A stretch of DNA of 63,472 nt, counting the filler, from Welwitschia mirabilis (lineage: Eukaryota), in the NCBI GenBank assembly GCA_051453625.1. It is 6 parts of one record of this genome, joined end to end, with 100 filler letters (N's around TTAATTAATTAA, not from the genome) between each part and the next. Parts side by side here need not be neighbours in the genome. Positions count along the whole stretch, not along the records: positions 44,780 to 55,243 come from JBOZIK010000001.1; positions 55,344 to 61,649 come from JBOZIK010000001.1; positions 61,750 to 63,472 come from JBOZIK010000001.1; 3 more parts are not named here. One strand, given 5' to 3'. The translations under genes were made by a program, and so were the position numbers. A model generated the notes under the pieces. The model saw only the letters and a program-made list of their open reading frames with translations, searched no databases and was not told where the DNA came from. Below are positions 50,474 through 62,348 of the stretch, one piece after another. Position 1 is the stretch's first letter; each line of letters starts with the position of its first letter.

Positions 50474-51869
50474 CAAAAGAAATATAACTTTTAGTATTCC
50501 CACTTGATCATTTTACTTTTAGAGATTTCGGTGAATTTGTAGGTAGTAATAGATGAGTCCATTTCTAAGTATCTTTTGACTTTAACCTTCATTGTTCTAC
50601 ATACTTGGAATCTTGGATATCACCATAATTACTGCCTTTTTGAATAAACTTTATTAAGTTAATACATTTTGTCATACATTTTTACTCAAGTAATGTTATA
50701 AAGTTTTCCTTTAGAGTTTGCTATGTTAGTACTTAAAATAGGTAAATAATCTTCTTTTTGTTCTTTGCATCTATTTCCCCTCTATTTTTCTTCTGTTTTC
50801 ATGTCTACTATTTTCTAGTCATTTACATTTTTTTCTTTTTAGAACTTTACTCATTTAGTAGTTTTCATTCTAGTCTTTCTTGTAATTTTTTCAACCTAGA
50901 TAGTATGTTTTCATTTTGTCATAGTTTTTACTTTTCTATGTGCTTTTTAGCTCTATTTTTTCCAATACTGTTACTTTCACGGTTCTATCTGAGCCTAACC
51001 TTCTTGGTTGATACTTCTTTTTTAAAACTCCTTTTTGTAAACAGTCATCCATGTTATCATCTGGATGACATGGAGGACGACGAACTAAATTTTTTTAATA
51101 GTCATCTTCGCACTGATGTCCAAATGACACTATTGGATAATAGTGTGTTGTAACTACAATCAAAACCCTTTTTCCTCATTTTTCACTTGTTTCCTCATAT
51201 TTTTCCTTCATTCTTTTGAGAGAGCAGAACCCTTCTAGCTACTACTGATATTTTGAAACTTGTGCCACCTAATTTTGTTGCTAGAATTGCGAGTTCTTAC
51301 CACATTTGTAAAAATGAGGTATGTTTCTCTCTCCTCCTGTTTTTTCATTTTTTTCCTCTCGTCTTTCAGCCTTTCGATGCATAGTTTTTATGTATATTAT
51401 TCAATTTTGTGCGATCTACATTTTGGAACTTATGGATCTAATTTTCACCACGTATTTTTGAGTTATGATCATTTTTGTATTTTACGAGGAATTCTCCTAT
51501 TTTTACCTTTCACACTCGTTTTCTCACAAACCATAAGTTGAATCGTAGTGGTTCTTTAGGGAAAATTACTCAGTGTGATGTACTCTATGACTTTACTAGA
51601 TTATATTTTTCATTTGAGTACTTTGAATTTTTACCTCTCATGGGACAATCTACATATGCAACGTTTCGATTTTCTTCATTTTTCTCCATTTCTTTTCTTG
51701 TAATTAGGTAATTGGGGATGCATTGCACATTTTCGGAGGGAACAGAACATATTTCCACTATTTTTGATTTTTTTTCCGATTATCAGATCATTTATTATGC
51801 ATCCATGCAACGTTTTTATCATGTTTATCTGGTTTTGCATGCGAGTTTTGTGTTTACGGTTGAGTAGGC

Positions 51870-53100
51870 CATGTACACGCAGAGCTAGAAAAACATAGGC
51901 TTCATCTGAATTAGTAGAGTAGGTAGTAGGCCCTTTGGTTGAGATTGAGATATAGCATGAGGAGCCCGTACACCCACCACATTGACATAGACGATCCTTG
52001 AGCATACAGATAGCTAGCATTTGTGTTGAGAGATACTTTAGTAATTTCATGAGCCATCTAGAGCCTGAGGTTAATTAGAGACTGACAGAGTTATAACTCA
52101 GATGGATCATAGATGCGCATGATACATACTATGTTTTTGAGATGAAAGAATTTTACGACACCATGTATATCGAGAGGTGACTAGATGTTCATGATCAGCT
52201 ATAGGATTACATTATTGCATACATTCGAGACCACAAGATTGCTATCCTCCCATCTTACATCACAATCATCATAGATCTTAGAGGTCTTAGGAGTTTACAC
52301 ATTTATTTAGCTAGTGAGACTGAGGAGCGTTGAGCTTACAATGCCATTTTAGATATTCCAGCTAACATGACTACTGATCGATGAGGGATAAATGTTACCC
52401 AGCTAACCGCCGCATATAGAGTTTTATATAGAGGACTAATTCATAACATCAGTTCATTATACTATGACAGTCATGCTATGGTCGCATATCTATAGATTCT
52501 GGTAGCTTTCCATTAGGGATCTATGATTGAGACATGTCATTTATAGACATGTGAATATCCATGCCTCCTCTCCACTTTGTTCAGATGATTCAGGATCCCA
52601 GAGCCTATAGGTGAGCAATGTTTCTTACATATACAGACTTTTACTCATTATTTATAGGATATGGATATACAGGTACCAGGAGAGGCAGAGAGCCTTAGGA
52701 ATAAAGACCTACAATTGGAGCATTATTAGAATAGATCTAGGCCCTTCTGGCTGAGAGTACCAAGACCCTCAAAGGATTTATAAATTAGAAGATGTAGACA
52801 TTAAAGTAGTGGATCACATCCTTTAAGTAAAGAGTTGAGTAGCAGATAGCATCTATAAAGAGAAGAACATAACACATAGAGGATTAGATCGTGGACATGC
52901 ATCAGCATATTATTTGCATGTAGCAGAATGTGACTGTAGATCTTCTAGAGTTTGTACATGTCTAGGGAGATGAGACGGTCTGATCTATTGTAGCATCCCT
53001 GGATGAACGTCTCCTCACAGATCATGATCATCCTTCTTCCTCTCCCCCTGCTCCTATACCAGTTCCTGATCCAGGATTTACCATGCGTAGACAAGGGAAG
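51870..53100 (+). pseudogene. Decayed extra ('env-like', putative plant transposon protein-like) ORF; 3' half repeated at 53451-54105
   Basis: FEMKEFYDTM...IIAYIRDHKIAILPSYITIIIDL resembles the V.EFY.N....S.VRG..I...P..I...L pattern of Athila ORF2-type proteins; located between the spacer and the PPT. Confidence 0.7.
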
Positions 53101-54650
53101 TAATTCTACATTGTATTTTGTATCTCTTCTTTCTACACGTTTTGTTTTAAAAAAAAACTCTTGTTATTATATATAGATCTATCATTTTGCTTCAATATGA
53201 TGTATGTTTCCATCTAATTTTTATATCAATATCTTGTAATTTTTATGATGAGGATTGCATGTCATTTCAAATACATCTTTTTATTTGACTGTTTATCACA
53301 ATGGGGGGCTACTTGTTATGATTTTCTAGCTAATTATTAGTATTATTTAANNNNNNNNNNNNNNNNNNNNNNNNNNNNNNNNNNNNNNNNNNNNNNNNNN
53401 NNNNNNNNNNNNNNNNNNNNNNNNNNNNNNNNNNNNNNNNNNNNNNNNNNTTTATAGATTTTGGCAGCTTTTTATCAGAGGGAGTAGATGGACTTATCTA
53501 CCTTCATTTGGAGGTGACTTAGATCTATGATTGAGACATGCCATTTACTGACACTTGGTTATCCATGCCTCCTCTCTGCCCTATTCAGACAATTCAGGAT
53601 CCTAGAGCCTATAGGTAAGCAACGTTTCTCACATATATAGACTTATACTCGTTATTTATAGGATATGGATATACAAATACCAGGAGAGGCAGAGAAACCT
53701 TAGGCATAGAGACCTATAGTTAGAGCATCATTAGAGTAGAGCCAGGTCCTTGTGTCTAAGAGTACTAAGATCCTCAAAGGATTTATGGATCAAAAGATGC
53801 AGATATTAGAGCAGCAGATCACATCCTTTAAGTAAAGAGTTGAGCAGAAGATAGCATCTATAGGGAAGAGAACACAGTACATAGAGGATCAGGTCATGGA
53901 CATGCATTAGCGTATTATCTCCATGCAGCAAAATATGACTGTAGATCTTTCAGAGTCAGTACCTGTCTAGAGAGATAAGACGGTCCAATCTATTATAGCA
54001 TCTTTGGATGAACGTCTCCCCATAGATCATGATCATCCTCCTTCCTCTCCCCCTACTCCTGTACTAGTTCCTGACCCAGAATTTATCATGCATAGATGAG
54101 GGGAGTGATCCTACATTGTATTTTGTACCTCTCCTTTCTATACTTTTTGTATTAAAAAACTCTTGTTATTATATTTAAACCTATCATTTTACTTTAGCAT
54201 GGTGTAAGCTTCTGTTTGATTATTTTTACATGTTATCTTTTGATTTTTACAATGAGGATTGCATTTTTTTTAGCACATCTTTTTATTTGACCATTTATCA
54301 TAGTGGGGGACTGCTTGTTATGATTTTATAGCTAATTATTAGTATTATTTAATTAATGAAAAAATTAATTTTTTTCACAGGTTCCAGTTTTTGAAGATCT
54401 TTTGATAAACCTGTCATCCCCATTATCGTTCAGATGATAGTAATAGATGACCAACTTTTGATGCATTAGCAGGTATATCTCATCAGTTTTGAACTTTTTA
54501 GACATTCGGTGTATTGTCAGCTTATGTTGCATATCTTTCTCAGATGCTTTCTTTAGATATCCTAGCTATTTTTATTGTTTAAAAGTTGGCTTGCAAATGT
54601 GGTTTACCACTTAGTTTTATTAGGGACTGATAAGGCTAAGTGAGAGACTA

Positions 54651-55243
54651 TGTTGTGCCACTAACTTATGTGTATTTGATAGGGTATTCTGAGTTATTTT
54701 GTAGGTGAATTAATAGATAAATACCTAATCTTTATGATAATCAAGAACAGAAATGAAGAGAATAAAAACATACAGTTTCCAAATAAATTACAAGTATTTC
54801 ATGTAAATATGAATAAATTGTATTTTTGATAATGACTCCTATAAATAATAAGCAATCAGGCTAACTTAAAATTGAGAAAATACCGCTGTCTATCTCATTG
54901 TTCTGATGTCGGTAGTGGATGATATCTCAAACAGGGCGATAATAAGTTTACATGTAGTTGATGAGCAGTTAGACTAGGAGCTAAATAGATATCTCATTGT
55001 CAGTCTTCATTGTCTCATATCTTGTCTGGATGACTCAAAGAATGACACTATTCTCTCACAATTTTACTGAATGTTTTTCCAAGTTGTCGCACTTCTTCGA
55101 CTTTACTTTGCATGTCAGCTAGGGTTTCTCCTCTACTTCTCTGTCAGTTTCCCTTCCTTTTTCTTTAATAAATAAAGGTCTCCCCCTCGATTTCTAATCA
55201 TCCTTGACAGTACCTGATATTCTCGTGATAAAATATCTTAGGA
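54651..55243 (+). repeat. 3' LTR (truncated by the spacer), preceded by a PPT at ~54622-54650
   Basis: AGGGACTGATAAGGCTAAGTGAGAGACTA|TGTTGTGCCAC; matches the 5' LTR. Confidence 0.88.
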
Positions 55244-55343
55244 NNNNNNNNNNNNNNNNNNNNNNNNNNNNNNNNNNNNNNNNNNNNTTAATTAATTAAN
55301 NNNNNNNNNNNNNNNNNNNNNNNNNNNNNNNNNNNNNNNNNNN
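55244..55343. other. Artificial scaffold spacer
   Basis: N44-TTAATTAATTAA-N44. Confidence 0.97.
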
Positions 55344-56870
55344 GACTAATAAATATTCTAGCACTAGGCTGATTAGATAGATCCTCTTAATATAAGAATT
55401 AAATCTCACCATCATAGATAAGGCAAGAAAATGTAACATGGCATATCACTTATCACATCTTACTTCTTCTTTTTGATAATCTTCCTATCAGTGATTCTTC
55501 TCTAGATGAACAATTATTTCTTGTATCTTCTACTCATTCCCTTCATGATATGCTAATATTGTCAACTACCTTATTACTTAGAAAACACCATAAAATTGGA
55601 GTTATAATCAAAGAAAATCTTTTTTTCTATAAGATAGGTGACTACGAGTGAATAATTCCCCATATTTATCATAGATGTAAGGATCAAATCATAAGAAAAT
55701 GTATACCAAAATTGGAGTAACCTAATGTCATTCACCTTTGTTATAGTGGTGTTTGTAATGGACATTTTAGCAGTTTGAAAATAGCCATGAAAATTCTTCA
55801 CTTTAGATTTTATTTGATTAGTCTTTTTTAGGACTCTTTGGAGTATGCTAGAAGGTGCAATGCATCTCAATGTTTTGGTAGCCTTTTGCAATTATAGAAA
55901 ATGCCCTTCAAACCTATTCTTGAGTGTGAACCTTTTAACTATTGGGAAATCGATTTTATAGGCCCAATTAAACCATCTTCTAATGACAAAAATTACATCT
56001 TAGTGGCTATGGATTATGTGAATAAATGGGTTGAATAAATTCCTACTTCTTCAAATGATGCCTGAACCATTTGTAACTTTTTCAGAATTCAAATTTTTCA
56101 ATGATTTGGTTTTCCTTGAATAATCATTCTGATAAAAAAACTCACTTCATTAATCATCTTTGTAAAAAAATTCTTTTATTCATTGGTATAGTATGTCATG
56201 TAGCTTATGCTTATCATCCTCAAGCCAATGGATAAGCTAAAAATGCTAATAGATAATTTTAAAAAAAAAAACTTTGAAAACTTATCTCTACCAATAAGAA
56301 TTCATGGACTTTCAAACTGAATGATGTTATTTGAACTTACTATATCACTTGATGCAATGTACTTGATTTTTAACCTTATGAACTTGTATACGGTAAAGTC
56401 TATGTTTTACCAATTGATGTTTGTTATAATTCTTATCTTTTTACATATTAACTTAATCTTGTAGATTTAAAAGAGAACCTTAAAACTCATTTAGCTCAAT
56501 TAAATTATTTAGATAAATAATGAACTCGATCTTTTCATCATTCATTTATCCAAAAAGCCCAAAATAATTTCAAGCACAATAAAAAATTGATTCACAAGAA
56601 CTTTCAACTTGGTCTACTATTTTTGTTATACAACACTAGGGTACATCTTTTACATAACAAGTTAACCTCAAAATGATTAAGTTCTTACTTTATTGAGAAA
56701 GTACACTCCAATGACTCTTTTAAAATTTTTAACTTAATCACTGAAATTTATAAACCTAATGAGCAAAGGTTAAAAATATATGAGCAACCTTTTGATCTAA
56801 ACATGATAAAAGTACTAGCCTTAGAGGTTCCCCTCAATGAAAAGGACTTCTTCTCTATCACTATTTGAAG
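55344..56870 (+). pseudogene. pol: Decayed RNase H C-terminus and integrase (tail repeated at 57285-57800)
   Basis: RLIR*ILLI*ELNLTIIDK (RH end), the integrase core above and AYHPQANG; several stops. Confidence 0.88.
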
Positions 56871-58245
56871 TTTCTCTTAGCTTTTTCATTTGGAAGCCAT
56901 TATGACGTCATTTAATTATCTTTTAAACATGACTTATGTATTTATTTCTATGACTAATCTTTAACTTGGGCATTTTATAGTGGTAATATTAGATTCACCC
57001 AATCTTAAGACATTCACACATCTATGAACTTTAGTTTAAAGGAAGATGCTTTATTTTTTATGTCTTTCTTAATGGTGAAAAAGTCTTAGATTGTTTAAGA
57101 ATGTTATTTTCTATCTTTTATCTTATTACTTAACTTTTGTATTTTGGAGTTTTTGATCATGTGAAATGTTTCAGTTGTGCATCANNNNNNNNNNNNNNNN
57201 NNNNNNNNNNNNNNNNNNNNNNNNNNNNNNNNNNNNNNNNNNNNNNNNNNNNNNNNNNNNNNNNNNNNNNNNNNNNNNNNNNNNTAATTGGTTTTTATCC
57301 TTATGAACTTGTATACAGTAAAGTCTGTGTTTTACTAATTAATGTTTGTTATAACTCTTATCATTCTACATATTAACTTAATCTTGAAGATTTAGAAGAA
57401 AATCTTAAAACTTATTTAGCTCAGTTAGATCATTTAGATGAAAAATTAACTTGAGCTATTCATCATTCACTTATCCATAAAGTCCAAAATAAATTCAAGC
57501 ATGATAAAAAATTGATTCATAAAAACTTTTAACTTGGTCTATTAGTTTTGTTATACAACACTAGGGTACATATTTTACATAACAAGTTGACCTCAAAATG
57601 ATTAGATCCTTACTTTATTGAGAAAGTACATTCTAATGGCTCTATTAAAATTTTTGACTTAATCACTAAAGAAATTTATAAAGCTAATGGACAAAGGTTG
57701 AAAATATATGAGTAACCTTCTGATCTAAAACATGATAAAAGTGCTAGCATTAGAGGTTCCCTTCAATAAGAAGGACTTCTTTTCTATTACTATTTGAAGT
57801 TTCTCTTAGCTTTATCATTTAGAGGCCATTATGATATCACTTGATTATCTTTTAAACATGACTTATGTACTTATTTCTATGACTAATCTTTAAATTGGGT
57901 ATTTTATAGTGGTAAGATTAGATTCACCCAATCTTAAGACATTCACACATCTATGAACTTTAGTTTAAAGGAAGATGCTTATTTTTTATATCTTTCTTAA
58001 TGGTGAAAAATTCTTAGATTGTTTAAGGATGTTCTTTTCTATCTTTTATTTTATTACTTCACCTTTGTATTTTAGAGTATTTGATCATGTGAAATGTTTT
58101 AGTTGTGCATTAAAAAAAAATAAAATAAAATAAGACCATGATGTTTTATATTTGAGATAGCTCAAAAACATGGTTACCATNNNNNNNNNNNNNNNNNNNN
58201 NNNNNNNNNNNNNNNNNNNNNNNNNNNNNNNNNNNNNNNNNNNNN

Positions 58246-58329
58246 TGTAGGACCTCCACTGGGAGGTCAGTTAGCCATGCTTCATGGGACCTTACTTCTT
58301 TGACTGTGGTTGCACTCCCCTCATCATGG
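58246..58329 (+). other. Conserved non-coding module (copy 6, 5' part lost in gap)
   Basis: TGTAGGACCTCCACTGGGAGGTCAGTTAGCCATGCTTCATGGGACCTTACTTCTTTGACTGTGGTTGCACTCCCCTCATCATGG. Confidence 0.72.
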
Positions 58330-59468
58330 ATAGTTAGATAATAAAATAATAAAAAATTAGAGGATACAAGATCAGTGGTATTTCTGATCTCATCAGAGGT
58401 ATTGCTTGTTTCCCAAACTCTTAGTCTTTCCACATCATCACTTTATTTCTAAGGATTTAGGTGTTTATTTTGAGATGTAGGTAAGAAATTTCATTTTTGA
58501 GTAATTCTTTGATCTTATCACTTATTATTTATTTGATTTGATTTTTAGCATCGTCATAACCACTACCTTCTCAAATGAAACTTTTTATACATCAAGTCAT
58601 GCATTTTAAAATCAAGTAATGTTATGATTTCTTCCACAAGAGACTACTAGGTTAAAATCTAGGTAGGTAGGCTATATTCTTTATGTTGCCTTATGTCCAT
58701 TCTTTCTTTTTTTTTTTTTTTTGGTTGTTATTAGCTAGTTATTTCAAAGTCATTTCCATATTTTCTCATCATTTTAGAACCTTAGCATTTAATGGTTTCC
58801 TCATCTACTTTTCAATAAAGAATCCATTTCTTATTTAGATGAGTTTTCTTAATTATTTTGTGATGTTTATTTTTAGTTTTTTGGAAGCTCTACATACTAC
58901 TCTTAATAATTTTTATCATGACACATTTGTTGTGCATCCATGAATCTGCTTCATCCTAATTAGCACATTTTTATTAACTACTCTTTCCATGCTTGTTAGA
59001 ATATTTCACACATCTCTATTTTTCAAATTTGGTATTTCTATATTTAGCTTTATATATAATTCATCAATTGTCCAAATTAAAAAAAAAAACCATCTATTAT
59101 CTGCCTTCTCATTCCTGTCTTAAAAAAAAATCCATCATCTGCCTTCTCATCCCTATTTGCTTTCATTACTTCACTAGCCAATGCAGGACGTATTATTTTT
59201 CTCAAGAATGATAGGACTAATTTTTTTGTCTCATTTTCTTAATTTTTTGAGTTATTTTAAAGCTTTTATGAGACATAATTTTTTGAAATTTTTACTTCAT
59301 ACACATGATGCATTACATGTTATTTGACAATGTGATGTATTTGAGACTATTTATGAGCATGTTTTATAATTTCCAAATTGATTTTTTTTAAAAACAACAA
59401 TTTGTCTCACAATTATAGTTGTTCACCTAGTTTTCATTAGGGACTAGCAAAGGCTAAGTGAGAGGCTA

Positions 59469-60708
59469 TGATGCACTACCAAATTGTATGTATTTGATAG
59501 GATGTTATAAGCTATTTTGTAGAACATTTATACAGGTTTAGATGAAATTTTGGGAATTATGAAAAATTAATAGATGATCATATACATGTGGAATTATTAG
59601 CATATTCATAGGTACTTTAGTCACATTCTGATGGACATGGCTTTGAGGGAAGATCACTGATGCAAAAAGAAGACNNNNNNNNNNNNNNNNNNNNNNNNNN
59701 NNNNNNNNNNNNNNNNNNNNNNNNNNNNNNNNNNNNNNNNNNNNNNNNNNNNNNNNNNNNNNNNNNNNNNNNNNNNNNNNNNNNNNNNNNNNNNNNNNNN
59801 NNNNNNNNNNNNNNNNNNNNNNNNNNNNNNNNNNNNNNNNNNNNNNNNNNNNNNNNTGTAACATTTGAGCCATTATCTCCTTTGTTTTCCCAATGACAGT
59901 CAGGATGACACCTGAAAGGATCAGTTAATCTTCATCTGTTTCATTTGTTTCTTCACCTAAACTAAGCATGTTTTGTAGTATATTTTGTATGATGGTTTCA
60001 CTTTCTTAAACCTATAAATAATACCCTTCTTTAATTCTTCTATCCATCTTCATTTGCATTAAATGGTCTCATGACAAGAGATCAAAGGACAGGAGATTCA
60101 TCTTATGAGTTAGAGAAGGACATTCCCTTGATGAAGGGTTATATGTCCTTTATTGAGGCTTAGCTATTTTGTAACCCAGATGCTTGTTCTATTTGTGCAT
60201 TCAATTATATATATATTTTTTTATGATTTATGTTGTCATTGATTTGGTGACAGTTTCATTAACAATATAAGTCTTAAAAGTAGTCTTTATTAAGGTTGAT
60301 AAAAGTAGTTTAAAAATAATTTTATATTAAATTTATTTAATTCACTTAATAGATTAAGTTATTCTTGGTTAATGATAGTCTCCTTGACTGATTTAGATTA
60401 TACAAGACCAATCTTCTTGATAAGTTGATTTGGTACTCGGATAGGTATTCATTTAGATTTGGTTTCACTTGCATTATAGTGTGCCTTTATTTCTTGCATT
60501 GTTCTTAAGTTTGGATACAATTTTCTCTAAAAATCAATCCTTCTTCTTTTCTCATAAGTCTTCAATAGGTTAGGACATTTGGGTTACTTTCATTTATACT
60601 AGATTATATATTTTATAATATATATATATATATATCTACACATACATACATTTATGATTATTAGAATTTATTAAGGCAAAAAGAATTGTAAAAATATGCA
60701 CTGCAACA
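59469..60708 (+). repeat. Athila-type 3' LTR; includes a short (TA)n at ~60618-60635
   Basis: TGATGCA...TGCAACA termini; TATA-like CCTATAAATAA at ~60011. Confidence 0.85.
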
Positions 60709-61649
60709 ATACCCATCATTGCACATTAAAAATTATCAAGAGCATCACAAAGTCTAAAAGGCATGTATTTAAGGGTAAAAGTTCCAAAATATGAATTGAA
60801 AGTTATTTTTACTTCATCCTCACTAGCTATATAAACCTGATTATAAGCTTTATACCCATTAAAAAAATAATAAAAGACATATCCTTGGATTCTATTAAGT
60901 ATTTTGGTCAAGAAAAGATAAAGGGTAATAGTTTTTCTTTATTACTTTATTTAACTTTTTAAAATTAATACACATTCTCTACTTATGACTTATTTAAGGA
61001 CCAGATTTAGTCAAAGTTAAAATTTCCTGACAAGTTTTGCATTATTCTCAAGATAGATTTTATGTTGAATAATGAAAGTAGGAATTGTTCTTAAATCTTT
61101 AGGGATCTAAGTAAACACATTAACCTTAGAATTTAAAAGTGAGATTAAAATTGATATTTATTAAGGAAAAAGATTCTCATTTATTATTAAGGATTTATTC
61201 TAATTATCACATAGAAAGATATATTTTAGTCCATTGAGTAAACATTCTTAATTTAAATTTAGATTTTTAATTTTTGTTATTATTTTATTAAATTTGACTA
61301 TCATCTCAAACTATTATTTGANNNNNNNNNNNNNNNNNNNNNNNNNNNNNNNNNNNNNNNNNNNNNNNNNNNNNNNNNNNNNNNNNNNNNNNNNNNNNNN
61401 NNNNNNNNNNNNNNNNNNNNNTTTTTAATTTTGCCTTTTTTTTTTTTAATTAGAGTTGATTGTCATCTTAGACTATTATCTGGATGACAGAGGTGAACAA
61501 CCTCCTTAAAACATGGAATCTCAGTTATTTTTAGATGTTGGAGTTCTCCATAGATTACAGTTTTAGTCTCTTCACTCTCTTGATTAAAATAATCTATTTC
61601 TAAATGTTCATAGTTGAGTTCATTATTATAAAAGATTTTAAGTTTTTTA
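60709..61649 (-). pseudogene. pol: RT N-terminal half and PR-RT linker of a host Athila-type element, interrupted by the LTR ending at 60708
   Basis: ORF 60726-60911 (YYFFNGYKAYNQV...YMPFRLCDA); colinear with ~25438-26320. Confidence 0.85.
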
Positions 61650-61749
61650 NNNNNNNNNNNNNNNNNNNNNNNNNNNNNNNNNNNNNNNNNNNNTTAATTA
61701 ATTAANNNNNNNNNNNNNNNNNNNNNNNNNNNNNNNNNNNNNNNNNNNN
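61650..61749. other. Artificial scaffold spacer
   Basis: N44-TTAATTAATTAA-N44. Confidence 0.97.
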
Positions 61750-62348
61750 AAATCTGACATTACTCAACCTTGCACTTCATTTAGAAAATTATCCTCTTTT
61801 ACCTGCCTTCTCACTTCCGTTTACTTTCTTTGCTTTATTTTCCAACACAGGATGTATTGCTTTTTCTAAGGGGGGAAAGGAAGGAGCAGAGACCCATTTT
61901 TATGACTCCTTTTTAAAATTTTTTAACTTAATTTAGATCTTTTATAACATAAAATTTTTAAATTTTCATACACATCATGCATTACTTGTCATTTATGTAT
62001 GAAATGTGTTTTATGAGCCTGTTTTATAACTTCTAGATTTATATTTTGAAAAATAAATTAGCTCATAATTATGGTTTTTCCACCTAGATTTTGTTAGGGA
62101 CTGATAAAGGCTAAGTTGGGGGGCTATGTTGCATTGCCAATTTATGGTTATTTGATGGAATTTTATGAGTTGTTTTACAGGACTTTTATACAAGTTTAAG
62201 TGCAATTCTGAGAATTTTAGAGATACAAGAGGAAATTTCAAAAAAGTGCGATTTCTATTTAAATTTGATGTATTAAAGGCACTTTCTGATGCTTAGAGCT
62301 TTAAAGAAGGATTAATTAAAAAAATGCTAAAGTTCTCTTTAAGAAAAT
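61750..62348 (+). mobile_element. Athila-type 3' internal region, PPT and start of the 3' LTR (LTR from 62127)
   Basis: AGGGACTGATAAAGGCTAAGTTGGGGGGCTA|TGTTGCATTGCC. Confidence 0.85.

Larger units (their letters stand above)
45117..55243 (+). mobile_element. Near-complete non-autonomous Athila-type element: 5' LTR, PBS, gag-protease, no functional RT/RH/INT, spacer, extra ORF, PPT, partial 3' LTR
   Basis: 45117-45371 aligns with 54651-54905 and 45968-46150 with ~55040-55243 (paired LTRs). PBS, gag, PR and PPT motifs are present. Confidence 0.9.
55344..60708 (+). mobile_element. 3' half of an Athila-type element: RH end, integrase, spacer without extra ORF, PPT, 3' LTR
   Basis: INT core ECEPFNYWEIDFIGPIKPSS...YILVAMDYVNKWVE at ~55920-56040. 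PPT/LTR junction AGGGACTAGCAAAGGCTAAGTGAGAGGCTA|TGATGCACTACC at 59469. LTR end CACTGCAACA at 60708. Confidence 0.88.

Noticed and set aside
50758-51541. Hydrophobic F/L/S-rich ORFs (also 5193-5390, 12428-12634, 21392-21601, 34586-34777) as membrane or envelope proteins
   Set aside because: They arise from T-rich low-complexity sequence, and the frames are not conserved between homologous copies.
59080-59160. Short ~40-bp tandem duplication (ATCTGCCTTCTCATYCCT twice)
   Set aside because: Ordinary slippage next to A-runs; no further significance visible.
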